Positions 12,488 to 26,530 of a DNA stretch of 64,000 nt are shown piece after piece. The stretch lies in NCBI RefSeq assembly GCF_009914755.1, contig NC_060928.1, one strand, 5' to 3'. Below the pieces are notes generated by a model. It was not told where the DNA came from. It saw only the letters and a list, made by a program, of their open reading frames with translations, and did no database searches. Position numbers and translations under genes: made by a program. Within the stretch, counting starts at the first letter, position 1; every line of letters begins with the position of its first letter. Origin of the DNA: the human T2T-CHM13v2.0 reference genome, Homo sapiens.

Positions 12488-13182
12488 TAAATATGATTCA
12501 GCAATCCCAGTGAACTTCGATATTCAAAGAATTAGAAATCAGTATATTGACATGACAACTACACTTCCATGTTTATTGCAGCACTATTCACAATAGCCAA
12601 GATATGGAGTCAACCTAAGTTGATTATCAACATATCAACAGATGACTGGATAATGCAAATGTGATTTATAACACAAAGAAATGCTATTTAGCCTTAACAA
12701 AGAAATTATTGTCATTTGCAGCATCATAGATAGATCTAGATAACATTACACTAAATGAAATAAACCAGGAACAGAAAGATAAGTATTGTATGAGCTCACT
12801 TATAATGGGGAATCTAAAAAAAGTAGAAATCACAGAAGCAGAGAGCAGAATGGTGGTTACTAGAGGCAGGGGGTGGGAGACATGAGCAAGGAAAGGGGAG
12901 ATGTTAATCAAAGGATACAAGGTTTCCTTTAGACAGGAGAAATGAGTTCTAGTGATCTACCGCACAGCGTAGTGCCTATAGTTAATAATAATGTATTGCA
13001 TATTTGAAAATTGTTAATAGGTTTTAAATGTTCTCACCAAAAATGAATGATAAATATATGAGGTGATAATATGTTAATTAGCTACATTTCATCATTCCAC
13101 AGTGTATACATATATCAATACATCACATTTTGCCCCATAAATATATAGAATTATTATTAGTCAATTAAAATCAAATAAAATT
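12488..13182 (+). mobile_element. L1MA-type 3' end (ORF2 C-terminus plus 3'UTR)
   Basis: ATATGATTCAGCAATCCCA...CATGTTTATTGCAGCACTATTCACAATAGCCAAGATATGG...GTCAATTAAAA. Confidence 0.88.
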
Positions 13183-15204
13183 TTGAAGGGCAGTGCTTAA
13201 ATTTCATTATTATGCAATATACTACCTATTTGATCTTTGTCCAGTCACCCAGCCTCACTGTATCATTGTTCTCCTCTCCAAAAAATAAAATGCTAACCAA
13301 TTAAAGAGAAGCCAGAGGAAAGCAAATAGAAGCAAATTAAAGTATGTTGCATATACATAGTTAAATTATGAATTATCTACTTGTATGTGAATAGGACCCT
13401 CCGACATGCACTCGTATTTTTAAAATAAAACATAGCCTAGTGTTCCCCCGTTGGAATTATAAGCATGTGCCACTCAGAAATCATATGTCAGGAAATAACT
13501 TTGCTCTGAAAACGTTCCATATTTTTTTCTTTTTATAGAGTTCTGGACTACTTGGTAATTCCACTTATCATTTGACAGATTACTTATCTGTGACCTGTTG
13601 TACCTATTCATTTGGAGGACAAAATCAGTAGCCTCTTTAAGTGCAGTAAGATTAGTGATGACTTTGTTTGTCATCACAAACCAAGACTGTTTTCAGGACA
13701 GTAAGTCCCACACCTAGGTTTCAGTGGAATTTGATTTGTAAGAACAAATCAGTGCTTTGGAAATGTCGTTCTTATTTTAATGAGTTTATAATTAAGCAGA
13801 ACACAGGTTGTTTTCTTTGCAGAATCCCACCCACAAGGATTCTATTGATTTACTGTTTAATTATATGAAATAGCACGTCAGGGTGAAGGTAAAGCAGAAA
13901 ACAAATTATGATCTAATCTAAAATGTAGATCTATATTAGAATGAGACTGCTGACCTGTGAAATACATTCAAATAGTATTTACCAAAATCATTCCTATTGT
14001 CAAAATGATGAAGAGACATTTTCTCTGGGTGTTGCAGTGGGGACTGAGACAGCAGAAGTCTCCAAAGGTAATTGTGAACTTAAAACTCTAAAATAATTTC
14101 CACATATTTGCATCACAAAATATATTTTTCATTGTAGAAAGAATAATTTAAGTCCCTCAAAGTTTTTTAAATTATTACTTATAGAGGATATAGGTTCGGA
14201 GACAACAGTGTTGAATGTAGAAGAACTACTGAAATTAAATGCAAGAATATTGAAGATTACGGCTGAGCCTGTTTGTAGTTGCAAATGTTATTGCTTTCAC
14301 TAAAATTACTTTGAGACTATTATGTTGCCATGAACCTTATTCAAGTGGCAAGTTTTCTCACCCAAAGTATGTTCATCTTTCTCAAATGAAAAATTATCCA
14401 CATATAGAACAGGTATTTACAATCATAAAGCAAAAAATTAGTTATTATATTTTAATTATTATACCAGGTCCTATAGGTAGCATCCACTGATGTAGCATCA
14501 TTGAATACTACTTTATATAAGACCTGGCAAAATTACACATAGGAATTAGAATTTTAAAGTGAACAAAACAATTCCTTTTCTATAAAAGCTAAAAATGGCA
14601 TTCAAATGTCATTAACATAAATTAACATATATGCAGAATATTGTAAGACCACCAAGGAGGACTCTACAAAGAAGAGGTAATTATTTTTATATGAATGGCA
14701 GCTTATTTTCATAATAATAATTAATCACATATAATCATTGGCTTCATGTGATGTCCATTTGTGAAATAACATGATAGAACATAAAATGTGTGCTAAGGGT
14801 AGATAATATTGGAAATCTAGAATAGTACTCAGTTGAGGAGAACCTTGAAGGTCAAACTAAGCCACTAGATTATTTTTACTTCCTTGGGGAACACAAAAAG
14901 TTTTGTTTACTCTTTCCAACTCTCCGGGAAATGGCCTGTGTAAAGAATGCTTAAGAAGTTTGATCTGAAAATACATCTAGAATAGTCCTAACTGGGCTGT
15001 TCTCAGGTACCTTACTTGGAGATTCCATATGATTTCAAAAGCATTTCAATGATGAAAAGTCTAAAAGAACACATCCCAAAGAATAGGCATGTTAGGAAAT
15101 GACTCAGAATATCCTACAACTGATACTGAGAAAGATGTAGATCACAGGCTAGGCAAAATTTTCTGAGGGGTGTGTGGGCAACTATTATGTTTTGTTTTGT
15201 TTAT

Positions 15205-15231
15205 TGTATGTGTGTGTGTGTATGTGTGTGT
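15205..15231. repeat. imperfect (TG)n microsatellite
   Basis: Read directly from the sequence. Confidence 0.8.
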
Positions 15232-15279
15232 CTATATAGTTATTGGAGCACAAGCAAGGGCATACATACTCTGGGGGAA

Positions 15280-16214
15280 AAAAATCTTCCAAACTCCTTT
15301 TACAAGGCCAGCAGTACCCTCTTGCCATAACTAGGTAAGGATACTACAAGAAAATAAAATTATAGACCAATAGGCCTGATTAATGTAAATGCAAAAACTC
15401 AAAAAAAAAATCAAATTCGGCTTCACTTTAAAAGGATTATGCATCATGAACAAGTGAAATTTATCCCTTGGATGCAAGGATGTTCAACATGTGCAAATCA
15501 AAAAATGTGATACACCATGTTAACAGAATGAAAAATAAAAAACAAATGATAATCTTAACGCAGAAAAAGTATTTGGTAACATTTAATGTCTTTTCATAAC
15601 AAAAAATTTCAACAAATTATGTACATAAACAATGTACCTCAACATAGTAAGTGCCATATACTACATATAATAAGCCTGTAACCAATGTCATATTCAATGT
15701 TAGAAATCTGAAAGCTTTTCGTCTGTGATGAGAAACAAGATTAAGATGCTCACACTTTCTACTTCTGTTCAATAGAGTACTGGAAGTCCTACCCAGTCTA
15801 ACTAGGCAAGAAGAAGAAATAAAAGTCTTCTGAATCAGATAAGAAGTAAAATTGACTCTGTTTGCAGGTGACATGATCTTATTTATAGAGAACCATAAAG
15901 ACTATTGGAAAAAACTCTCAAAGGTAATAAAAAAATTAATTAAAATTGCATAATACAAAGTCTACATTAAAAAAATTAGTTGCATTTCCATACTGTAACA
16001 AACTATTCAAAAGAGAAATTAAGAAAACAATCTCTTACAATAGCATTAAAAAATAATAAAATGCTTAAGAATAAATGGAAGCAAAAAGATCTGTACACTG
16101 AAAACAAGAAATATATGGAAAAAAATGAAAAAGACTGAAATAAATAAAAAAATCATATGTTCATGTACAGGAATAATTAATACTGTTGAAATGCTCATAA
16201 TACCAAAGTGATCA
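15280..16214 (+). mobile_element. Old L1 (L1M) ORF2 reverse-transcriptase region fragment, degenerate
   Basis: ACAAGGCCAGC...GGATGCAAGGATG...CTGTTTGCAGGTGACATGATC (the F-A-D-D motif decayed to FAGD). Many stops and frameshifts. Confidence 0.9.
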
Positions 16215-17449
16215 CGTTGTCAAGAAAACTATTCTACCATTAGTAATGTGTATAAACAACTGTAAGAACATAGAACATTTTTATTTTATAAAATTACTGA
16301 TTTAAATGAACCATTTATATATCTTGTAACTTTGAATTCTAAAATTCTAGAGTATTATGACTAAATTATATCTTAAAATTCATTTTGGTGAAATGGTGTT
16401 TGAAAATAAATGTATATCTAAGCTAGAATGAGTGGTATTTTGTCATATTTCCAGATATAGTTTACCTGCCATAGTAGATTCATGGTGTTATTTCCATTTC
16501 ATGTAAAATTACTTTCATTGGGGATCTATGGACACATTCTCACTGACTTGTTACTGAAAAAGATCAGAGAACCATCTACAGATATGCACTATTCCAAGAA
16601 TGTACATTCTTCTCTTTTGTTGTTTGTATTTGAATTGGAACTCTGACCAATGTACAAAATATGAATTAAAGATGGAATCATTAGAAAAGAGAACGAGATA
16701 AAAAGAGACAACAAAAGGAATATAAGTTTGCATGACCTTCAACTTAGAGTACACAATATAGTTTGCAAAAGAGATTAATACGTTGTCTCGTGATGTTATT
16801 GGAGTTACTGACTTGCCTGTACTGTATAATCTTCATGATAATCAAATTACAAAATTTTACCAGCAATCTCTTCAGGAAACTTTAAGAAAAGAGGGAGTTT
16901 TAGCATACATATGTCTGAGGTCAAACAGTTCCATTTGAATTTTGAGGAAAACAATATGAATGCAATGATTGTCTTATCTTAGGTAACACTATTTTGAAAG
17001 ATGGTTTACATTACATATTTTTGATAAGCTATCATAAAAATTCCACCGAGTTTTCATGTCTGACAAACACACGTAAATGTCATAGAAGAAACCGGTTATT
17101 ATTAACTTGCCCTCTTGTGAAATGATGCCTATAAATTTAATATCAGATAAAAACATTTAGTGAGATTATTATTAGCTTTGAGAAGTCTAGTGCCCTACAG
17201 ACTCCCCACAGTGAGTTATCATCTATGTGTTAAGTCAGCTTTACCATAGAGAATGCTAAACATATAAATTAGTACTTAGTATGAAGGACAATGTTTGATT
17301 AAAATTATAGTGTGAAAATCAGTTCTATTTTAAAAAATTAAATAAAATTATACTTAATATATCCTTAAAATAGAAACTCATGATTTGCTTTAGTTTGAAA
17401 ACAATTATAATAAAGTCTGTCATTTACTTCTTTTTTGAGTGCCACAAAT

Positions 17450-18137
17450 ATTCATTCATTCAAAAAATAATTGAGTACTGGTTGGATGCCAATACAGCAC
17501 TAAACATTTTGTAAAACAGTCTCCAATTTAGAGGAGATTACATTCTAGTGTGAGAAAAGAGGTAATAAATACATACATACTTACGTATGGAATATGTCAG
17601 TCTGTTATAAGTTTCATGTAGAAGAATAACAGGGTAAAGGGAAAGAGGCCAATATTAGGAGGAATGGTATTTTATATAGTGTAGTCATACAATTTTTTTC
17701 TGATGAGATGTCATTTTAGCAAATACACAGAAGAAAAAAAAGTGCCAGTTCTGCAGATATCTGGGGAAGATTTTTCAGGAAAAAAAATTCTGAGGTATGG
17801 GGCATTTAGCATGTTCAGCAATGGCAATAAAGTCAACAGCTGAAATTAAGTGAGTTAGGGGAAGATTAATGCGGAGTAGTTGAGACAGGTAACAATGATG
17901 CCAAAATACCAATGGTCTTATAAACCAGAGAAAATGTCTTTCTTTAGTACACAGATGTTGGATTCTGGATACGTTTATAACTTTAAAGATTGTATGTGGA
18001 TAATGAGGTTTAAAATAGATTATTTAAGGGTGATTCTGAGGTTTTTTGTTTGAAGCAACTGGTGGCATGTAATTGCCATATAGTAAAGTGAGGAGAATTA
18101 TAGGAAAACTAATTAGGAAAGTTACTGAGTTCAGCTT
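17450..18137 (-). mobile_element. L2 3' region
   Basis: Begins with the TTCATTCATTCA reverse tail, followed by degenerate L2-like text ending GAGTTCAGCT. Confidence 0.7.
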
Positions 18138-18139
18138 TT

Positions 18140-18241
18140 TTATTTTCCAAAGAAGCTGCACAATTTTACATTCCTACCAGCACTGTGTGAGGGTTCCAGT
18201 TTCTCTAGATTGTCACCAACAATTGTTACTATCTGCCTTTT
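18140..18241 (-). mobile_element. L1M ORF2 C-terminal fragment
   Basis: TTTTCCAAAG..GCTGCAC.ATTTTACATTCCTACCAGCA.TGTGTGAGGGTTCC. Confidence 0.75.
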
Positions 18242-18245
18242 AAAA

Positions 18246-20250
18246 AAACTTTTAGGTTCAGGGATACATGTATAGTTTTGAAATACAGCTAAATTGTGTG
18301 TCACAGGGATTTGATGTACAGATTATTTCATCACCCAGGTAACGAGTATAGGACCCAATAGGTAGTTTCTCAATCCTTTCCCTCCACCCACCCTCCACCC
18401 TCAAGCTGGCCCAGTGTCTGCTGTTCCCTTCTTTGTGTCCATGTGAGCTCAATGTTTAGTTCCCATTTATAAGTGAGAATGTGTGGTATTTGGTTATCTG
18501 TTCCTATATTAGTTCACTCAGGGCAATCGCCTGAAGTTTTAGCCATGTTGCTGCAAAGAACATGATCTCATGCCTTTTTTATGACTGCATAGTATTCCAT
18601 GGTGTATATATACCACATTTTCTTTAACCAATCCACCTTTGATGGGCATTTAGGTTTATTCCAGGTCTTTGCTATTGTGAATAGTGCTGTGATAAATATG
18701 TGAGCATGTGTCTTTGTGGTAGAATGATTTATATTCCTTTGGGTATATACCCAATAATGGGATGACTGGGTCTAATGGTAATTCTGTTTTAAGTTCTTTG
18801 AGAAATCACCACACCACTTTCCACAATGCCTGAACTAACTTACATTCCCACCAGCAGTGTATAAGCATTCTCTTTTCTCTGCAACCTCGCCAGCATTTGT
18901 TATTTTTTGAATTTTTAGTAATAGCCATTTTGACTAGTGTGAGATGGTTCTCACTGTGGTTTTGATTTGCATTCCTCTAATGATTAGTAATATTGAGTAT
19001 CTTTTCATATGCTGCTTGACAGCATTTATATCTTCTTTTGAAAATTGTCATGTTCTTTGCCCAGTTTTAAATGAGGTTGTTTGGTTTTTTTGCTTGTTAA
19101 TTTGTTTAAGTTCTTTATAGATTCTGGATATTAGATCTCTGTCGGGTGCATAGCTTGCAAATATTTTATCCTATTCTGTAAGTTGGTTGTTTACTTGATA
19201 GTTTCTTTTGCTGTGCGGAAGCTCTTCAGTTTAATTAAGTCCCAACTGCCAGTTTTTGTTTTGTTGCAATCACTTTTAATGTTTTTGTCATGGAGTCTTT
19301 GCCAGGGCCTATATCCAGAATGGTATTTCCTAGGTGACCTTCCAGGGTTTCTACAGTTTTAGGTTTTATATTTTGAGTTAATTTTTTGTGTATGGTATAA
19401 GAAAGGAGTCCAGTCTGAATCTTCTGCATATGTCTAGCCAGTTATCCCAGCACCATTTCTTGAATGAGGATTCCTTTCCCCATTTCTGGTTTTTGTCAGT
19501 TTTGTCAAAGATCAGATGGATGTAGTTGTGTGACATTATTTGGGGGCTCTCTATTCTGTTTTATTGATCTTTGTGTACCACTTTTTGTGTACCACTGCCA
19601 TGCTGTTTTGGTTACTGTATCCTTGTAGTATAGTCAAAGTCAGCTGATGTTAAGCCTCCAGTTTTGTTTATTTCACTTAAAATTCCCTTTGCTATTTGGG
19701 CTCTTTTTTGATTCCATATGAATTTTAAAATAGTCTTTTTCTAATTCTGTGAAGAATGACATTGTTGTTTGAGAGAAATAGCATTGAATCTATAAATTGC
19801 TTTGTGAAGTATGGCCATTTTAACAATATTGCGTCTTCTTATCCATGCACATAAAATATTTTTCCATTCGTTTGTGTCATTTCTGATTTATTTGAGCAAT
19901 GTTTTGTAATTCTCATAGTAAAGATCTTTTACCTTTCTGGTTAGCTGTATTACTAGGTATTTTATTATTTTTGTGGCTATTGTGAATAGGATTGTGTTCT
20001 TGATTTGGCTCTCAGCTAAGATGTTGTTGGTTTATAGAAGTGATATTGATTTTTTTACATTGATTTTGATTCCTGAAACTTTGCTGAAATTTCTATCAGA
20101 TCTATGAGTTTTGGGTCAGACACTGTGGGGTTTTCTAGGCACAGAATTATATCATCTGCAAACAGAAATAGTTGGACTTCCTCTCCTCTTGTTTGGATGC
20201 CTTTTATTTCTTTCTCTTACCTGTTTTCTCTAGTGAGAACTTCCAGTATT
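18246..20250 (-). mobile_element. L1PA13-16-like element, 3' ~2 kb, 5'-truncated
   Basis: Reverse L1 3'UTR (GATTATTTCATCACCCAGG...CCCACCCTCCACCCTCAAG) continuing into reverse ORF2. The ORF at 19235..19429 is ORF2-like ([14 protein letters not shown]). Confidence 0.93.
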
Positions 20251-21566
20251 GTGAGCCTTCATTTCTTTCTGGTCTGTAGAATTTATTATAAGTCATCTCC
20301 AGTAGGTCTATAGACAATTTCTCTCACACTAAATTCCACATATACTCATCTAGGAAACATTACCATAACATACTGTCTTCAAAGCCATAATGTTAATCTT
20401 GACTCCAGTAGTCTGGGATGGTTAGAAACATTGATCGTTCAAGATATGTATGTTGTAAGTCATGGACATCAGAAAGTTGATAAGTCTCAGCAGAAGAGAG
20501 AAACCAAAACCTTGCCTCCTGGTGTGTTATATTAGAGGAGAAATTGTTTCTGTGGCAGATATAATCTTGGGTCAAAATGTACTTCTTAGAAATGATTGAG
20601 ATATATCACATTGCTCTCTGTGGAGTTCCTTTGCTAAATGAGGGCAATGAAATCTTCCAAGTTCTCAGCAGCCAGACAGATGTTTGTCTTTTCTAGATTA
20701 CCCTAGCTGCCAATGAATGCCAAAAGCGCTGGTTAAAAAGACACTTTACTGAAAATACCTTTCATTAGATTTGTGGAAGTATCTAAATTTTTTGATCTCT
20801 CAGTTATTTTGGAAACTGAATCTTTACCTCTGACTACAGTGCCAATTGAAAAGAAGAGTCTGGAAAAAATAATTTTAGGAGAAAAATTTGTTACAAGGAT
20901 TAAAATATGAATATGTTTCAGAAGGTACCTGATAAGTCCATGGAATATGCATATATTCTGGTTCACAAAGAAAAAATTGCAGAAGGAGGTACATCCATTA
21001 TTTCAGAGATCGTTGTAAATAAGAACGCCCAAATGACTGTTTAAGTACATGTACTGTCCATATTGTCAATAATTTTAAACTAAAATATGCAAATTTTTCA
21101 CACTTTAGGCTATAATTAAATGTTTCAAGTACTAAATGGAAAGGCAATAGAGGTAAACATCAAGACAACTTAAGACATTATTCATTTATGTGGGGCCTCA
21201 TAGTTTATAATACGTGTGTTCATATTTTGTATCATATAAGTTTTATAAATGATAGATTAACCCCAATTTGAGATTCAGGGAGGGTAAGCAAGTTTCAGTT
21301 TTCAGAAAGTAATAAATAATAGGTACAAGATGCTGAATTTGGTCCTAGCATAGAAAAACTCCAAATCTTACATTGATTCAAGTACTGCAAAATTCTTTCC
21401 AAATGGAGAACTATGTTGATTGACCACATTTAGCATGTCAAATTTCCCTGTCCTGTCAAGACACACCATAATGTTTTGGTCATTCCTTACTCCCATGAAT
21501 TTGCATGTGATTTATAGAGGTTGAAATACTATAAATTTGATAAGCTTTATCTTCTATGTTACACAG

Positions 21567-21944
21567 TGTCTTAGCTCAATGTCTGTTGCTATAACAGAAA
21601 TCCTGGGATTGGGTAATTTATAATAAACAGACATTCATTGAGCTCAGAGTCCCGGAGCAAGGTAGTTCAAGAGCATGGTGCTGGGTGAAGGAGGGCTTTC
21701 TTGTTCTGTCATAACGTGGAGAAAGGGCAAGTGAGTGTGCAAGCCAGAAAGGGTGAACTTGCTCTTATAACAAATCCAATCTTGTGATAGCTAATCCACT
21801 CCAAAAATAACAACACTAATCTATTCTTGAGGGCTCCAGCCTCATGACCCAATCATTTGTTATTAGGCCCCACCTCCGAACCTTCTTACATTGGAGATTG
21901 TTTCCCACACTTGAAGTTTTGGGGGCCAAATTCAAATAATAGCA
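21567..21944 (-). mobile_element. MST-family (MSTC/D-like) MaLR LTR
   Basis: TGTCTTAG...GCTATAACAGAA...GGGTAATTTATA...CTCATGACCCAATCA...AGGCCCCACCTC...ATTCAAATAATAGCA. Confidence 0.8.
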
Positions 21945-23057
21945 GAAAGGCATCCAGTTTCTCCAAGATTTGAGTCATAATGAGATAAAATTTGTAATGT
22001 ATTTTTCAATTAATCATAAAAAGAATATAATAATGCATGATGTTTTCTTTGAATAAACTATTCGTATATACCTCAAAAATGTCCAGGTCTTCCTCAAAAG
22101 GGAGCTTGCTATTACAGTCTATCTAGACTTGAATGAGACAAAAGAAAAGCAAAATGGGTCCTCCTTTGTGGAAAGACAAGGCAAAAGAAGAAGAGAGTTG
22201 ATTGCATAATGAAAAGGTAGTATCAGAGTTTTTTAATATAACTGACAAAATCTGAATGCCTGCCTAGATTTGAGTAGGTTGAATAGTATTTTTGCCTAGC
22301 AGGAGCACTTTATGTTCAAGCATAACTTTTCTTAAAATTTGAGGAAAGATAAAAAATATATTCATAATTGAATATTTGTGGCAATGATTCTTAAATATAT
22401 ACATAGTGTTAACTTTTCTGTAAACTTATCTAAAATATGATGTTAAATTTCTTGAACTTGTGCTACTTAGGGACATACAAAGATTAGCTTCTTCTTTCTC
22501 TATGACACCAATACAATTTATGACTGTCTTGAAATTTACGTTGCCCATCTGCATTGGTTACCAACAGTCTTCTAGACAGGTTTATCTAAACTGTTCCAAT
22601 CCCACTTGCAATTTTTCATTTTGAATATTTTCAACCAAACCACTTAAAATTCAAAAAAATCATACTGTCAAAATAATAATAATCAGCATGTTTGCTAAGC
22701 CCTTGTCTATGCTGATTCCAAACAGGATCATCTTATAATACAAAATATTCTTTACTTCAGGAGGCACATGACTGATGCCTGATCCAATGTCAGTGAGTTC
22801 TCCTGGTCCAGGGGTAAGCACATGAATTTCCAACTTACTTGTCTTGAGAAAGCCAGAAAAGAATAGCCTGGGCATAACCTGAAGAAATTTGAGAAATTTC
22901 TCTCCCAGCTTCTACCTGGCTCCAGCTTTCAAGCCAAAATCAGCTCCTGACTGTTCCATCTCACTGCTAAACTATTATATAAGGAGTGGAGGTTCTGGGA
23001 CAATTACATTGCATCCTTATAAGACTAAGTCAGAGGAACATATGTCTAATTAGAGTC

Positions 23058-23395
23058 TATCTTAGTGCTGGCTGCTATAACAAACTACATTGGACTGGAT
23101 AATTTATAAACGACAGAAATTTGTTGCTCACAGTTTTGCAGCCTGGGAAATTCAAGACCAGCAGATCGTCTGGTGAGAGCCTGACCCCCATAGATGATGT
23201 TTTTGTGTCCTCACATGACAGAAGGGGTAAACAATCTCCCTTGGGCTTCTTTAAGGAGGACATTAATCTCATTCACAAGGGTGGACCTCTTATGACCTAA
23301 TTATCCCCCAAAGGCCTAAATCTCAATATTACCACATTGGGAATAGGGTTTCCACATAAGAATTTTGTGGAGACACAAACATTCAGACCATAGCA
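23058..23395 (-). mobile_element. MLT1A-like MaLR LTR
   Basis: GCTGCTATAACAAA...CAGAAATTTGTTGCTCACAGTT...GACACAAACATTCAGACCATAGCA. Confidence 0.85.
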
Positions 23396-23770
23396 TTTCA
23401 TCTAAGTTCAATTTTTATTTTACTGCTTGAGACAAAAGGTACCTAACACAAGAAAGAAAAGGATTTAATCTGTATAGAGTTATCATTGAATCTTTTAAAT
23501 TTTTTACTTTCAAACATAAGATACTTAATAGCTGACTCCAAATATACTATTAATTTTATTTACTTTTGACTAAGTGATAGTAAACACAATAACATTTGCA
23601 AAATTGCCAGTAAACAGATGCTAGTTGAATTTTTTTTCTATCTTATCTTCTCAAGTTGAAGTAAATTAAGATATCATATAGAGCAGTGCTTCTTAATCTA
23701 ATTGAAGTAGAAGACTTTTTTTATTTATTTGTTTTCTTCTTTAATTCCCAATTGATCATAGACTAGGCCA

Positions 23771-23817
23771 TTTTTTTTTTTTTTTTTTTTTTTGTAGAGT
23801 ACAGAGAGAGAGAGAGA
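23771..23817. repeat. poly(T) followed by short (GA)n
   Basis: Read directly from the sequence. Confidence 0.85.
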
Positions 23818-24488
23818 TAATGTGCATGTGCTTGGATTTTACACTGAAATCATTCTAGAAATTTCTAAATGCTTCCTCTCAAATTTTGTACTAATTGTAT
23901 GACAGGCTAGTAGCAGTTTGTTGATTGATTGAAATTGTGTAATATTAGAAATAATGCCAGAGAATATTGTATTAAAAACTATTTGCTCTAAAGCTTTTCC
24001 CTCCAATAGCTCTATGACACCTTGGAATTCTCTAGTGAAGGCCTGAGTCTTATTCGTTGTATCCATAACTTAAACTGAAAACTGCCTGAGACATAGTAAG
24101 TTACTAAAAACTATTAGTAGCTTGAATATATAAATTAAATAATCAAAGTAGTTTCAAAATGCTCAAGAATCCTGAACTTCCCTGCCTTGGGAGAACCAGT
24201 TACTATGGTATTATAAAAATGACAACAACAACAAAAGTGAATATATTTAATTACTTACCTCAAATTCTATATACCTCAGGAATACTTGGAATTGAATTAA
24301 AATAACTTTCGGCCCTTAAAGGCCATTTGTAGATGAAGTGGGTTAACCTAGACTGTGAAAATGGAAGGGCCTTAGGATAATCAAGCCTGTGTTAATTCCA
24401 GTGGCAGACCCTCTTGTGGCACATTCTAGCCTGAACTTTCACAGGACACTTCCTTTTCTTTCAAATGGGCACACTGATACTTACCTTG

Positions 24489-24733
24489 TGTATTAGCCTG
24501 CTAGGGCTGCCATATTAGAGCAACACATTTTTTTTTTCCTCTGACCATGTGCAATCGTGTTTGTCTCTCCCATCTCATAAGCATACAAATCTTATTGGAT
24601 TAAGACCTTATCTTAAAAATCTAATTTAACGTTAGTTACCTTCATAAAGGCCTTGTCACTAAATACAGTCAAATTGCAGATTACAGCTTCAATTTATGAA
24701 TTTTGGAGAAGGCTTTCAATATAGTTCACAACA
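24489..24733 (-). mobile_element. MLT1B/C-like LTR with an internal deletion, probably inserted in a MIR
   Basis: Termini TGTATTAG...AGGGCTGCCAT and ...TATGAATTTTGG...CACAACA are only ~245 bp apart. MIR-like sequence lies on both sides. Confidence 0.7.
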
Positions 24734-25197
24734 GTTTGGTAAATTGTTGTGAAAAGTTAGAGATAATCCATAAGAAGCATGTTTCATAGTATTCACTCCA
24801 TATTGACCTGTCATTAAGTTATTACCATTACTAATGAAATGTATTGTTACACTAGGTATTGGTTGTTAACCAATGCAAAGTGATGCATTATGTATTTGCA
24901 AACTTCCTTAAAAACAAATACAATTAAATGAGAGTTTTAATAAAGTAGAAAAATGTAAGTTTTTTCAAAAAGGAGTAATATCCATGTTTACTCTAAGGCT
25001 ACATGAGAGTTGAGTACATGAGAAAAGAACATTAATGATACTAATGATAACAGCAATGGTTTAAATTGGCAGATTTTAAAGGATAAAGTGATGGTCTAGG
25101 TTATCTGATCTCACAGTTAATGACATTGACATCTTAACCTTGCCTTAACACAGTAGCAAGTATCCAAACTCGCTGGAGATTTAATTTTTACCAAGTC

Positions 25198-25221
25198 TTT
25201 TTTTTTTTTTTTTTTTTTTTT
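25198..25221. repeat. poly(T) run
   Basis: Read directly from the sequence. Confidence 0.9.
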
Positions 25222-26339
25222 CAGAAACCATCATGATTACTAATTGACAATCATATTTTAATCATGTCTTCATAGTGGTTTTCTTATGCAGCATGAATAA
25301 TTTCATACCATCTGTATTACTCGACTTTCATAACAAACCTCTGCCAAAGAATTGAAAACTAAATGTGCGAATCTATTCACTGCACTGAGCTCATGCATAA
25401 ACTACAAGAGAATGTTTGAGAAGTTATCTATGTATTTGCATAGGCTTTACATTTTTTCTTTCATTCTTTCTTGAGGCTTTTTACTCTGTCACTTTCCCCA
25501 CCAACCACCAACATGGCAAGTAGCTGCCTGGGCTCCTAGCTGGTTCCATCTGTGGACCCTCTGTTTCAAATTATTTTTGACTTATGAGTGGAAGGAAAAC
25601 TTAATGGTTTGCTCCATCCTCTGCCCTGGAATAAATGTTTGTGCTTTGGGAAACTTTGCACCACTCTGGCAATTTTCTGTTTCTTCACTCAATATAGGAT
25701 TCTAATTGCGAAGGCCAAAAGCTAACACCAAGTATCCTAGCAGAGTGGTGAGTGAGTAGTGAAAAAATTACTTACCGATATATATAGTAGTTACTATTCA
25801 GGGCTATATTAATTCTTTCCTATTTTGAGTACTAAATTGACATAGCTTTCAGATGACAGCTGTGATTGTCTCAAAATGTGTTCGTTATTACATTTTGAAA
25901 TGATAAATCTCCCTCTTTCCTGAGGTAGAACGTGCTTCCAGTGCATCTGTAGTGTTCTCAAAAAGCAGGAAGACAATGCTCAGAGTGAACAGTGTTTATA
26001 GATCTAAAACTCCTTTGAGCTGTAAAGTACAAAGGATAGATATTATGATCTAGTGATAAAAGGATCAAGTCCAGGGTTTCACCCAGAGGATTTGGGGCAT
26101 AGAACTTATAGAAACATAAACCAAAGGACGCAGCCAAACAATGTTAGGAGGAGTTAGCTAAGTACAGAAAATTCCCTTATGCAGAATGTCTTCTGCTGAT
26201 TTTGTCCCCTAACTTTGCAGTTATAGTCTCTCCCTACCCACTGCCTATGCAACAAAAAACCCTTTCCCCCATAGCGATTTTATTCAAAGTGATTCAAAGT
26301 GTTTAGCATCAAGCAGATACAGCTAAATATTTCCCTGAC

Positions 26340-26530
26340 TACCTGGGTGACTTTGGGCAAGTTTTGCTTCTTTTCAGAGTTCAAGTGTTCCTAACTTGTA
26401 CAATAGTGATGATGATAGGATTTCTCTTCTATCATGGTAATGGGATCAAATGGGTTATTGTATGGAAAGTGTTTACAAGTTTCTTAGCACATAGTAGGTA
26501 CCAAATAGTGTCCATAAATACCTGCTATTT
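26340..26530 (+). mobile_element. MIR SINE
   Basis: Core GTGACTTTGGGCAAGTT and 3' end CACATAGTAGGTAC. Confidence 0.75.

Noticed and set aside
26282-26301. 10-bp tandem duplication ATTCAAAGTG x2 (similar small ones at ~2967, ~19571 and ~32042)
   Set aside because: Ordinary slippage micro-duplications.
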